DNA of 64,000 bases. Source: Callorhinchus milii (Eukaryota). Numbering within the stretch: position 1 is the stretch's first letter; every line of letters starts with the position of its first letter. A program made the position numbers and the translations under genes. Of the stretch, positions 1 to 12,909 are shown piece by piece. Under the pieces are notes generated by a model, which saw only the letters and a program-made list of their open reading frames with translations, made no database searches and had not been told where the DNA came from. Location of the stretch: contig NW_024704742.1 of the NCBI RefSeq assembly GCF_018977255.1, positions 18,230,001 to 18,294,000 of the forward strand, written 5' to 3'.

Positions 1-1874
1 AGTAAGCCAGGACTTAAAGTTGTTTAGGAAATTCGTCTCCAAGAGTGATTTTCCTAAATTGCGTTACCGTGCTCTCGATATGGGTGCAGAGGCGGCTCAA
101 CCTACACCTGTGAGCAGTCCTTTTCCACCATGAACTTCCTAAGAAATCAGTAGCATTCCAAATTAACAAACTAACTAATAATCTTCTAGAGGAGTGCTCA
201 AAACTGAATCCAAATATTGAAGATATCATAAACAAAAAAAGAATTCAGAAGCTTCATTAAGTAACGTGTTTGATATTCTATTGTGAATTTCTTAATAAAT
301 GCATCTTTCTTTTACAGTAATATTTTTTCTTTTCAATTTTATTATGTTTTTTTTCAGTGGTATGGCGTTCTGTCTTTGACTCACACTGTGGCACACCTTT
401 GCAAAAGGTTGGCCACCACTGAACTACACCAATTGGACACCCACTAAGATTGCATCTGCAATAGATAGAAACCAAATACTGCATAATACTGCCGCAAATC
501 CTAACACCAAGCTTACAGATATCACCATTCTGCATTCAGTGATTTATTTCTCCAGGAATCCAATTCATTTTACGCTAGGTCTTTAAAACGCTGAGAGACT
601 CATATGTTGCAATAAGCAGACTCTGAGTGTACAAGGCAGACGATTGGGACCAAACAAATGAACAAATAGACCTTACTCAGAGAATTATATGCTCCACAGT
701 CCGAACATTTACAAACCTCAAGCAAGGCAAGAGATTAAAAGATGATTTATTTTCACATAGATTAGTGAATACGCTCGACAAATTCCCAGAAAAGCAATAA
801 ATGTTGTGTTGTTGATTTGGAAAAGTACTGGATGAAGCTGAAGTTCTGACAAAAGGTCATTGACCTCATACGTTAACTCACTTTCCTCTCTCGATAGATG
901 CTGCCTGATCTGCTGAGTGTTTCCAGCGACTTCTGTTTTTATTGGAGAAAATATTGGCAGTTATATATAGGGATGGTATCAACATAGGTGGAGGATAATT
1001 AAGTCATAGGAGATAACTGCCTTTGTGCTACTGAGTTTGAGGGATGTTTTCTGTGGAGAGTTTCTGACCAAGATTGAATCAGGAACACACAGATATGGAA
1101 AGTCCTGGCCTGCAGCAAAATCTATGAGAGGATAACCTTTTGAATCAGTGGATTTTGATGAGTCAAATGTGTTTTTCTCTTTTCATGATTTTTAAATTTT
1201 ATTTTATTTATCCCATTAAGGTCTTTGCTGCATAAACAATCCTGACATTTGATATTCACGTCAGCAAAACATCTTAGAGTGAGTGCTTCATAGGATTTTT
1301 ACTGTAAAGTGTGGTGACTGTATATTCCTAGCCTACATGTGAAATAATCAACATTTATTATTTGGATGTGAAAATGTTGCTGTGAAAATGTACAAGATAA
1401 AATTAGAAAACCAGAGAGTCATGGACCAATATAAACAGCTGGAAATGTGCTATTATCTTTACATTTGCATAATTTAAACAGGATGAAGTACTCTGATTCA
1501 TAATTGATTCTAAAATAATGTGATGTTAAGCTCAATTAAGAATAGAACCTTTTCCCTTCAGTGAATTTTCATTAAAAAAATCAACCTATGATTTGAAAAT
1601 TAATTGTCTGTTTGGTTCTCTAGTTTTAAAAATATTCCTAGAACCAATATTTTGCAACATGAAAAATGAGATACTGTATATTTAAAGAAACATTTGAGCA
1701 TCATAGAAAAGACTCAGTTATTTTATCAGATATATATATTTCTTATACTGGTTAATATTACAAGAGCCAATGAAACAAGTAACACAGGCCATAAAATGGT
1801 GATTTTGTAGTATTATTGGTTTGCATTCTGAGGCATGAATATAAAATAAAAGGTAGTGGAGTAAATACTTGGAT

Positions 1875-2160
1875 CTCAGCTTGCCTCTTTACCCCTAGGC
1901 TCTGGAACTCCATCCCCCAGTGCCTTCGCCTTGCCTCCTCCCTTTCCTCCTTCAAGGCCGGTCTCAAGACCTTTCTCTTTGACCGTGCCTTCAGCTCCCC
2001 TCTCGACTCTCTACCCCCTCCTCGCTCCCTCCCTTCCCTCCCCTCACCCTGACCATTTCCCCCTTGCTCGGGTCCCGACCCAACTGTACAGCGCCTTGGG
2101 ACGTCCTCCCGACATGAAAGGCACTCTATAAATGGAATATTGTTGTTGTTGTTGTTGTTG
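1875..2160 (+). mobile_element. L2 3' end
   Basis: PRLWNSIP...SFKAGLKTFLF motif; L2 tail plus (GTT)n. Confidence 0.88.
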
Positions 2161-4803
2161 CTATCAAAGCTTCAATAAAAGAGTGTATTAATTATTTCTC
2201 AGTTTAAGCACCATTGAGAAAGTTGCATGCAACTATGAAAGTTGTTAAAATGACACATTAATCTAGCTAAATTATGGTATTGTTTCAGTTTAAGAAGGGT
2301 TACCGTTCATTTAAGCTATTAATACACAATCAGCCAAAAGACTGGGTGAAAAAAGAGATTCATATCAGTGAATTTGAATGTCCGACCTTACGTAATGATG
2401 AATGGTCTTCAGAAATACAAGAAAGATGTTATCCATTCTTTGCTGATACAATATTTGAACAAATTAAAATGAATGTGATTGGTTATGGAACAACAAGAAG
2501 TTCATTTGGCTCAACAAGCTCACTCCTTTCACAAATAATGCAAACATCCTGTCATTGATTTTATTTTATCCTCCCCACTCCCCACTCTATCTTCTGTGAT
2601 GCATTTCTGCATAAATACTTGCTGAATCACAAAAATTATCGACTACAAACTTTAAGAATATTCCTGCATTCCCACATCTCTAGCATTCAAACATACTGCT
2701 GGCCTTGGCCACAACACAACACTGAATATATATATATATATACATATGCTATTGCTAAGCTTTGCTAGCAGGAAACATATATTTGTAACATTATAGACCA
2801 TTAGATTTGCATAAGTTGACTATTATGTTATTGTGTTGTTTTATTATGCATTTGAAGTTGGAATCGAAGTTACTTAACTATATCTTTTAGTGAAATTTTG
2901 CTGATGATAATACTTTATAACTTTTGTAATCTTGTTAGGAATGTATAGTATCTGTCTTTGCTTTAACTGATATTGCTATGCTTTTGAGTGAGGTTGTATT
3001 GATAATTTTGTGACATATCTCAGTATGGACCTGAGTGATACTTGTGAACGCAACAATTGACGTAAGGTTTGAATCCTCAAGCTTTCACTCAGTGATGAGA
3101 GTGCTATCAATTGACCCAAGCTGACACCTGATGATGGACCTCAGGCTAAGACCATGAGCATTTGGGGCCTCGCAGAATTTTACTGAGTTTTAATTTATCG
3201 CCAATTTGTATATGTTGGGGGTAAAAATGTTATTGTGCCTAGTGGCATCATATGTGCATGCAATAGAAAACATTCACCATTGACCGTTTAGACATCATGA
3301 ATGTCAGCAGGGAGCACGTTAAGTAGAAAAGAGGTTCAGCGACAGGTCAAGCCAGTCTTTCAAAATATCTGCCCCTTTGTCACCACTGGTCAGCCTGCAA
3401 TGGCAGAATATTGTCAGTGAAGCCATAGTATATACCCAACATTGCAATTTTACATTCCATACACAGCAATTCTTCCCTTTTGGACTACCTGTACAGCAAG
3501 TAGAAAACAAAGAGGAAAACCTGAGAGTGGGGGAAAAAGAGGGGGGTAGAGAATTAGAAAGTGAGATAGTCAGATTGTTAGTCAGTGATTTGAAATTCAA
3601 AAACCTGTCTGTCATCATGGTACTACCGAATGTGTGACTGGTCCTTTCTCCCAACAATTCATTTTTGAATGATTGCATGGATTAGATGAACTATGGGAAT
3701 CACAGTAAATTTTAGCATTCATACTTATGCATCTCTCTCCCTAGTTCCATTATAATACAAGCATCAGGAGCCCAGCATTACGTTTAGTAGTTTGTGCTTG
3801 TAAGAACATGAGAACATAAGAAATGCTGGATAAAAGAAGATCGAGGTCCATCTAATTCTTCTCCCAGCTTCCTGGCGGTCGCATGTACATACGTCCTGAA
3901 CTACCTCTATGTACTATATCCCAGCTTTTTCTCCCAAACAAGTGGTAAAGGTACTACAGTATCATGCACAGTAAATCACAAGCATTGGTATTGTGTTCTA
4001 TAGTTTTAGATTGAAGCTATTTCTCTATTAGTTTATTTGAATCCCTCAAGGTCCATTATCCAAACCCTAAACATGGTAAATGTTTGATTACAGGATTATT
4101 CTTGTTTTGCAAATAGGAATGCCCTCAGGGCTACCCTTCCTATTTAGCCTCATGTAAAACTGAATAATGCAATGTCACTGGATATCATAATCACTTCAAA
4201 TTTAATAGTTATTGATTCAGTAATCAGACACATTTGCCCTGTGATTTCCATACATCCATAAAATTCAAGCACTTATTAAAATGAATACACACATCTAAAC
4301 ATGTTCCATATTCTGCTTTATCTTCCTACACGTTATATCAAAGACATTTATGACATGATTGGCTACATATGGACTACAGTGATAGGTAAAGCAGCATTTT
4401 CGTGTACGTTGGCAACCAGTTTTGGTTACAGAATCTTGACCATAGAATTAAAGGAGCAAATTTAATTTGGGCTTAGCAGTGGTGCAGCATGATTGTTATC
4501 ATTGTTATCAGCGTTAGTGGGTGCACAGGGCAGAGGCCGAGCAGGTAACTTGCCCCAGCTGAAGTGCATAGAGGCAGACCTTAGTGCACCTGCTTTCATA
4601 CAAAGGCTGTCAGTCTAGTCCACAGGATCTCTGCGGAGGAGTTACTTGATGCCATTTTTACTACATTGGCGGTGTGAAGGAGCCCCACCACGTAGCCATG
4701 CTATCTTCCAATATATATAATGCTGTGCAGCATCAGTTGTTGTGGGTTAGATATTCCATCAGCTGTTTATTCATCATGCCTTCCTTTAACTTGATGATTA
4801 CTC

Positions 4804-5168
4804 AGAGCACTTGCCTCGCAAGCGAGAGACCTGGATTCGATTCCCGACAGGGCGAAATGTTGGGCAAGTTTCCTTACTCCACCCGCCTCTGTTTACCTAA
4901 GTAGGAACCCAGTTGTTAGTCGATTGCCGAATCGTTTTTCCGTGGATAATAAATTCTTTCCAATTAAATAAAATAAATAAATAATAATTTTCTCACTTCA
5001 ATCCACGACTGTTTGTGGGACACTGTTGTGTGCAATTGGCTGCCGCAGTTCGCCCACAAAATATACAATCAATTCACTTTACAGTAAATTCTGTGAAGTG
5101 CTTTGAGACATCTAGAAGACATGATAAGGTACTATATCAAATGCAAGGATTATTATAATTATTATTAC
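4804..5168 (+). mobile_element. tRNA-Ala-like SINE (long form, 5' clipped)
   Basis: Collinear with 59180-59525. Confidence 0.9.
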
Positions 5169-6164
5169 TGGTCTGTAGCATATGAGTTTGATCTCGTCCT
5201 GTGGGTAAGAATCAGTAGGTTTGCCACTTTCTCCTTTAACGAGACCATGTTGTTTAATGTGGAGTACTGTACTTTGAAACTCTTGGGCAATCAAGCGACA
5301 TTGCTTAAAATTAGACTTTTGAATCAAATCATCAATGTAACCAGCTTTTGTTTGATCAAGCACATTTAACTTTCTTGTAACATGATAGTAATTCAACATA
5401 TTGGGTTGTTACACTTGGAAGGGAGTTTTGAAAACTGACCTTGGATTGATTAATATAATAATTTAATATAGCACATATAATTTCAAAATATCTCAAAACA
5501 CTTCGCAGGCCAGTTGCTGTCAAGTGAAGTGACTGTATTTTTGAGATTTGTAAGTTTCTGATGATATATCAAAATAGGTATTCAATATGTTTGGTGTATC
5601 TATGGGGCAGTGGAAATTAACTTTATCCTTCTTAAAATGCAGGTCAAAGGGTTCAGGCTATTATTGGAAACAGATTTGACCCTTTCCACAGCTCTCAGTC
5701 ATACAGATTTCTATCTCTGTGAACCAATTGTGGCATTCACCATTTGGATAGAATATGATGCTTTGTGGCAGTAAATTTGATCTGCTTGTTCAGAGTCCAT
5801 TGGAATCTGCAACTTTTGACTATTAAATGGAATTTCTGAAGTAGTAACTGCCTGATTGAAACCATTCCAGTCAACTTTATATTGCATCAGACCTTATGCT
5901 TGATATATTTTTCAAAACACCAGTGCTGCCGAACAAAGAGTGGTCAAATATTGCTTTGTTGAGGTTTTTCATACATGAGTCTAGTTAGTTTTAAATTTAA
6001 GAAGGCCTATGCCCACTTTCTCAATTTTCTATATCTCTCAGCATTTTGGTTAGCGGATTCATTACAATCAGTGTACAAATGCAAATTTTTATTGTATTGT
6101 ACACTGGAATCTGAAAATTGGGACAAGGTTCTAAATCTGACCAACTGAATGTGATTTTGGGATG

Positions 6165-6345
6165 ATTCATAGAACCATTGAAATTTACAGCGCTGAAGAT
6201 GGCCATCCAACCCATCTTGTGTGTGCCGGCTCTTTAAAAAACGCTGTTTTCAGTCCCATTTGCCCACCCTTTTCCCATACCCTTGTTGTTAACCCCTTTT
6301 AAAACCATAGACATTTACAGCAAAGAAGAAGGCCATTCAGCCAGG
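6165..6345 (-). mobile_element. CR1 3' end fragments
   Basis: Reverse-complement similarity to 57655-57820. Confidence 0.65.
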
Positions 6346-6548
6346 GGGAACACTCAAAGAGCTACACATTGTGACTGTCCTTCAGTGTGCTTTTGCAGTC
6401 GTACAGTTTTGTGAGGAAGAATGCTGCAACTTCAATGCTGAAATTTATGACTTGCCTGTTTTTACCCATTACAATTTCTCCATGAAACGAACTCAGTTTC
6501 TCCAGCGTCAACTCTATGGCCCATGGTTGTATTTGTCTCCAGCTACAC

Positions 6549-6621
6549 TGTATTCTGCCACCTGATAAAACAAACATGAATCCAGTATGATTATCTTTGT
6601 TTTATCAGGTGGCAGAATACA
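6549..6621. repeat. Perfect 26-bp inverted repeat with 21-nt spacer
   Basis: tgtattctgccacctgataaaacaaa / tttgttttatcaggtggcagaataca. Confidence 0.95.
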
Positions 6622-8639
6622 ATTCAGAATACAATGTAATTCAACTGTCAGAATCATACTACTTTTTTCTTATGGGGTGAAACTATTCCCTGAATAAAAA
6701 AAGTGACTTTTGATTCACCTCTAAAAAAAAGCCTCTACTGGCTACAACATCTACACTTCTGTTATCAATAAATTTTTGGTCAGTCAAAATCAGATTCACT
6801 GTTCATTAATTCCAATTTACATATCACACATTGCTGTGGAGATAAACAATTCTGTGTCACGGGTCTAATGTCTTTATACAAAATGTACACCTTGATTTAA
6901 AGTTAAGCAACCACAAGTATGAATAACAATGTCCCACAATAAATCTTGTTAAAAAGAGTCACACTAACATTTGATGAGCAGCTCTTATTGAAACAAACAG
7001 CAATAAATACATAAATGATTCTCCACAAGTTGTTTATTCAGCTGGGAACTTACCAGAGTTCATCACCTCCAGAATCCATGGTCAATACAGCAGAATTGCA
7101 CAGTTGCTGAGAAAAAGATATCCCTGGGGAATTGCTGACTGTGAACAAATTTTAGGAGAGCCTGCAAAATGGACAGAATGGATATTGTTAACTTAAACTC
7201 TAATTTTATTTCTTTTGAAAACATGCGCTTGTTATGATTTATTTTGCAGTATCTATAATTTTATTATCACTAACTTGCTCATGCTCCATCTGTTAGGTTT
7301 TTATATGGGCTCCATTACACAGCGCAATGTGACAAGATGTATTTAGTGTTGCTGTCTAACAAAGCAATAGTGGTCCAAAATCTATTGGCTTAGACAGAAA
7401 CCAAACTCAAATATGCAACTGTGACTAATGATCAGTAAGTGGGTAAATATGAAGAAGGATTTGTTTTTTATATATATAATTCCTTTGCTGTAAGATTGAT
7501 GCTGAGTTGGGCACATTGTTTTGCTGGTGTGCTATGCTATGCTCGCCTCGAAATTAATCTTGAAGCTAAGGAATTTAAAAAAAAACATAATTCATATGTA
7601 TCAATCGCCTAATCATTAGTTACAGTAACATCCTGTTACTGTCTGTTTAGTGTTGTTTATGATTCAGATCCCGGCCTCAATACAGTACTTTTACAGACTG
7701 CAAAAAAAACAATCAATGTTTTCTTCAGCTCCTTAACTTCCATCACACCACAGCTTCATACAAAATGCATCTGAAGCATTTGCAAATGTCACATTCTATT
7801 TTTTTTTAAAATACTCCATGTTACATTCAGAAAAGTGTGGACAACCAGAAAACATATAAGGTGTGGTACTCCTTAAATAAAACATCTTGTGTGTGGTATG
7901 AAATAAAATGATGTGATAATAATAAATAATCCTTGCATTTGCTATAGCGCCGTGTCACGTCTTTGAGACGTGAACAAAGCGCTTCACAAAATACACTGCG
8001 AAGTGAATTGACTGTATATTTTGTGGGGTGAAAAATAGTTGTTCTGCAGTTATTCTGGGGAGGAATGTTTTAGAGGCTGAACTTGCAAAGGGTAACATCA
8101 CCCTTTTGCAGATATGTGATCCACCCCTAAATGTACTGCTACACCACTCATACAGCACATGGACCATTCCAACAGTAAAGGCTTTTTCTGTTCATGCTTA
8201 TTCCCTGAGTGCTCCAAATGCATTTGAGGCAGATGCAAAGGCACTTTGCAAATAAGAAATCTGTCCTTTTAAAAAAAAANCCACGGAATGGGGCAAATGC
8301 ACTTCAGATCAATCGGCATCTTAAATACAAACCGTTACCGTCGGATCTGTCATCAGAAGCTGAGTGAGTGTTTTGGCCGCAGAATCCCCTGAACACCCGC
8401 AGAAAGGTTACACTGATCATTGGAGAAGTCACTCCTGTTTCACAGTGAGTGAGTGAGTGAGGGAGTGAGTGAGTGAGTGAGTGCAGGAACACGCCTTCAC
8501 CTTAGTCTGGAGCCCCAACACAACTCGGGGACTCCGGGGAGAGCTGTGGAGAGGTCCCGGTGAGACTGTATATAAATGCATATAAATGCACTCGGCGATG
8601 GGAAAAGCCGACACAACGCTGTTTATTAAACACATAGCC

Positions 8640-9298
8640 TGTGTGTGAGTGTGTGTGTGTGAGTGAGTGTGTGTGAGAGTGTGTGAGTGTGAGTGAGTGT
8701 GTGAGTGTGTGAGAGTGTGAGTGAGTGTGTGTGAGTGAGTGTGTGTGTGAGTGAGTGTGTGAGTGTGTGAGTGAGTGTGTGTGTGTGAGTGAGTGTGAGT
8801 GTGTGAGTGAGTGTGTGTGTGTGAGTGAGTGTGAGTGTGAGTGTGTGTGAGTGTGTGTAAGTGAGTGAGTGTGTGTGAGTGTGTATGAGTGAGTGTGTGA
8901 GTGTGTGTGTGTGAGTGTGTGAGTGTGAGTGAGTGTGAGTGTGTGTGTGAGTGAGTGTGAGTGTGAGTGTGTGTGTGAGTGAGTGTGTGAGTGTGTGTGA
9001 GTGTGTGAGTGAGTGTGTGTGTGAGTGAGTGTGAGTGTGTGAGTGGAGTGTGTGTGTGTGAGTGTGAGTGAGTGTGTGTGAGTGTGTGAGTGAGTGTGTG
9101 AGTGTGTGTGTGTGAGTGTGTGAGTGTGTGAGTGAGTGTGAGTGTGTGTGTGAGTGATGTGAGTGTGAGTGAGTGTGTGTGTGAGTGTGAGTGAGTGAGT
9201 GTGTGAGTGTGAGTGTGAGTGAGTGAGTGTGAGTGTGAGTGTGTGAGTGTGTGTGAGTGTGAGTGAGTGAGTGAGTGTGAGTGAATGTGTGTGAGTGT
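8640..9298. repeat. Compound (GT)n/(GTGA)n microsatellite, about 660 bp
   Basis: Read directly from the sequence. Confidence 0.98.
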
Positions 9299-9728
9299 AA
9301 AAAAAATCTATACACCAATTCTTTGGCCATATGTGTATAACGGGGACAGGTGGTGTGTGAAGCGGAGCCGCTGCTCCGGGAGCGGAGTGAAACCCTCCAC
9401 CATGAGGTGCTGATGGTTTCCCGGATCCCTCGCGCCCCCTCACGCTGCTCGTGTCGGGGGGAATGTTTGATGAAGATTTACTGGGAAGTCAGTGAGAGTT
9501 TCCCTCCTGTGGGGAATGCAGTGAGCGCTGCTTTCCCAGTTCTTCCCGACTGAGGAGACTGTTGAACCCAAACATCACTGGAAGCGCTCGGAGTGCAGTG
9601 CTCTGATGCCCTTCAATGAGCAGCGATACCAACGCAGAGGTTTGCAATCCGCCAGAACTTTATTGAGACCGAAATATAATCTGCAGCTCAGCTCAATGCC
9701 ACTCACTCACTGGTCTGTGTGTGTGTGT

Positions 9729-9764
<36 letters not shown>

Positions 9765-9770
9765 GGGGGG
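9729..9770. repeat. Poly-G tract
   Basis: About 40 nearly uninterrupted G. Confidence 0.95.
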
Positions 9771-9880
9771 ATGTTCACAGTGAGGACCTTCCTCCCTCCT
9801 GTCCTCCTTTGCTGAATTGCTCTGATAAAGGGCTTTGGCAGCTCGAGGTGTGAGGCTGGGCATAGACTGACGTGCTGCCA

Positions 9881-10387
9881 GGCGGGGGGGGGGGGGGGGG
9901 GGAGGGCAGGGGGCAGGGCAGGGGGGCAGGGCAGGGGCAGGGCAGGGGAGGGCAGGGGGCAGGGCAGGGGAGGGCAGGGGGCAGGGCAGGGGGGGCAGGG
10001 CAGGGGAGGGCAGGGGGCAGGGCAGGGGGGGCAGGGGGCAGGGCAGGGGGGCAGGGGAGGGCAGGGGCAGGGCAGGGGAGGGCAGGGGGCAGGGCAGGGG
10101 GGGGCAGGGGGCAGGGCAGGGCAGGGGGGGCAGGGGCAGGGCAGGGGGCAGGGGAGGGCAGGGGCAGGGCAGGGGAGGGCAGGGGCAGGGCAGGGGGCAG
10201 GGCAGGGGAGGGCAGGGGGCAGGGCAGGGGGGAGGGCAGGAGGAGGGTAGGGGGGGCAGGGGCGGGGTGGGGGGGCGGGGCTGGGGGCGGGGCTGGGGGG
10301 GCGGGGCCGGGGCTGGGGGCGGGGCTGGGGGGGTGGGGCCGGGGCTGGGGGCGGGGCTGGGGGGGCGGGGCCGGGGGTGGGGGCGGG
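9881..10387. repeat. G-rich (GGGCAG/GGGGCA)n degenerate minisatellite, G-quadruplex-prone
   Basis: Continuous G3-G7 runs separated by 1-2 nt for about 500 bp. Confidence 0.95.
10261..10387 (+). promoter_or_regulatory. GC-box (Sp/KLF) cluster, candidate core promoter
   Basis: Six GGGGCGGGGC matches in about 125 bp, in a CpG-richer region than the rest of the window. A CRE/HRE-like TGACGTG lies at 9868-9874. Confidence 0.55.
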
Positions 10388-10389
10388 TA

Positions 10390-10540
10390 TCAGCGCTGTT
10401 CGGGTACTGACTGATCATCACTGACTGACTGACTGACAGCCGAGCGCTGGAGCCCCACAAGTGCAGCACTTCTTCACACAACTCACTGCAGAGGCTCAGC
10501 TCAGCGCTCTGTGGGGAGAGTTCATTCACATCAGGTTAGC
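10390..10540 (+). other. Candidate non-coding first exon of the NPY receptor gene (donor CAG|gttagc at 10534/10535)
   Basis: Unique sequence directly after the GC-box cluster, ending in a plausible donor. The start is approximate. Confidence 0.45.
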
Positions 10541-10570
10541 GCTGATATATCTGCTTCATCTGTTTTTATC

Positions 10571-10840
<270 letters not shown>

Positions 10841-11812
10841 TCGGTGTATATTCAGCCTATTGTCTTATTCCAATTGTATTTCCCATTTCATTTCTCTTTT
10901 ACGTATTTCCAGGCTGTTTCAGGCTGTTTCTCGTCCACCTGGTTGTTTTAATCATTTTAATTCATCTTTTATACGACTTTAAGTAACATTTCTGGATGTA
11001 TTCATTCACTTTGTTGGGTCTGAGATCCCCCAAGTCCTTCTTGTCATGGCCACAATTTGCACGTTTTCAATAAGAATTGTCCTCACCTCTTAATATGTGT
11101 GTTTTATTGTTTTTCTTTGTTGCTTTTGTTTCACCTCGAATTTGATCACATCCTTTGCCAAACGTGCATATCAATAATAGTAATAATAATATGACCAGTC
11201 GTCTCCGAATTCACAAATTTACTGGTGGATAAGTCATCAAAATGCAGTATTACTCACCAAAATCGTACACGGGTTTGCGACCTCATCTCGTTGAAGAAGA
11301 AAGATGCGGAGTTGGTTGCAGATCACTGCGAACTTCTTCAGAAACTGATACCGGAGTAAAGAGAGCCATCGCTTTGTGCCGGCATCTCAACGCTGCAGCC
11401 TTCCTAGAAAGAAGAGGATTATTACCTTTAACAGCCAAGAGGAACGCGTTATTTACCCAAATAGACCCACAGTGGCCAGTAATTCTCAATTGAAGCAAAC
11501 GGTCATTGCATCTGTCTGATCGTGGAGAATCCGTAAAGTACCTTTACATCAACTTTTCTTATCATACACTTGTAAATCCGCTCCAAAGATTCAGCGAAAG
11601 GAAACAAGACGAGAAAGCAGGATGCTTCTGGGATAGGAGGATGCGATGTGCACAGTAAACATTTGGGATCATCCCTTAAGAATAACCATTTCTGAGGTGT
11701 CCCAACCCATGTCATTCGGGATTGTTCTACAGCCCCCCCCACCGACCCCCACTTCTCTTTCTTCCTCTGACCGGTTTTGCATTTGTCCCATTCATTGTAC
11801 AGCTTAGGCTTT

Positions 11813-11846
<34 letters not shown>

Positions 11847-12135
11847 GCAGAGGGTCACCTCCTTCTCCCTCTCCCCTTGGCTCATTGTCAGATTCCGCCA
11901 CTGTGAAGCGCTCTGGGACGCTTCCCTGCATAAAGGGCGCTATATAAATGTAAGTTGTTATTATTATTATTGACTTCTTTATTGTGTGAAACTCTGATCA
12001 AGATTCGCCACAGGAGCGTCAGAAGGATCAGAGAGTTTGTCAGTTGATGCTGAATAACTTCCTCTTCCATTCAATATCTATGGCACAATAATGTCCAGAA
12101 CTGTCTCATTGCTAGATCTGAAGGCAAGATATATA

Positions 12136-12454
12136 ATAATAATAATAATAATCCTTGCATTTGATATAGCGCTTTTCACGTCGGGAGGACGTCCCAAAGC
12201 GCTTCACAGAATATACTGTAAAGTGAATTGACCGTATATTTGTGGGCGAACGCGGCAGCCAATTGCGCACAGCAATGTCCACAAACAGTCATAGATTGAA
12301 AATGACCAATTTATTATTGTTTTTGGTTTTTTGGAGGGATTATTATTAGGCGTGTGGAGTAAGGAAACTTGCCCAAGGTTTCGCCCTGCCTGGAATTGAA
12401 CTCAGGTCTCTCACTTGCAAAGCGAGTGCTCTAACCACTGAGCTACAGGACTCC
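12136..12454 (-). mobile_element. tRNA-Ala-like SINE (short form), full length
   Basis: Head GGAGTCCTGTAGCTCAGTGGTTAGAGCACTCGCTTTGCAAG with Pol III A and B boxes; L2-like tail plus (ATT)n. Confidence 0.92.
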
Positions 12455-12464
12455 ACGATACTGT

Positions 12465-12682
12465 AGATGCTGAAAATCTGAAATAAAAGCAGAAATCCCT
12501 GGGAACATGCAACAAGTCAGGCAGCATCTATGGAGTGAGGACAGTGAGTTAACATTTCAGATCGATGACATTTCAGGGGTTCTGACAAAAGGTCACTGAC
12601 TTGAAATGTTACACTTTTCTCTCTCTCCATAGATGCTGCCTGACCCGCTGCATATTCCCAGTGACTTCCATCTTTATTTCAT
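12465..12682. mobile_element. Inverted pair of Penelope-like terminal repeats
   Basis: gtcaggcagcatctatggag is answered by ctccatagatgctgcctgac; hammerhead-like cores lie at the junction. The same unit occurs at 841-945, 19455-19590, 22535-22640 and 53410-53505. Confidence 0.7.
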
Positions 12683-12844
12683 TGCTAGATCTGTTTTATT
12701 TTTAAATTCAGTGTTACTGGGATGTCTGAGAATTACGGAAAACATTTTGTATTTTTTTCAAAATACTGCAGCCATGACTTTAGTAATCAATACAACATGT
12801 CCAACAGCAGCTAGCCGAAACTAGTGGTAGTTAAATATTCTTGT

Positions 12845-12909
12845 GCTTCCTTTTTGTTTCCAGAGAAAAGCACCGAATAATGAAGAGCTGAACTGGATTC
12901 ATTGTCAAC
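12845..12909 (+). other. Splice acceptor and 46-nt 5'UTR portion of the receptor coding exon (exon starts 12864)
   Basis: cttcctttttgtttccag|AG is a strong pyrimidine tract plus CAG, 46 nt before the ATG. Y2-type genes are known to have an intron in the 5'UTR just upstream of the start codon. Confidence 0.8.

Noticed and set aside
8280..8281. Abrupt compositional change at the N as evidence of foreign DNA
   Set aside because: Downstream sequence carries the same SINE/L2 families. A contig join beside a CpG-rich promoter explains it, though true spacing across the N is unknown.
8502..9443. His/Thr/Ser-rich ORFs of 313 and 234 aa
   Set aside because: These are translations of the GT/GA microsatellite, which has no stop codons on that strand.
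9693..10529. Pro/Cys-rich (278 aa) and Gly/Arg-rich (180 aa) ORFs
   Set aside because: Artefacts of the G-rich minisatellite; no domain structure.
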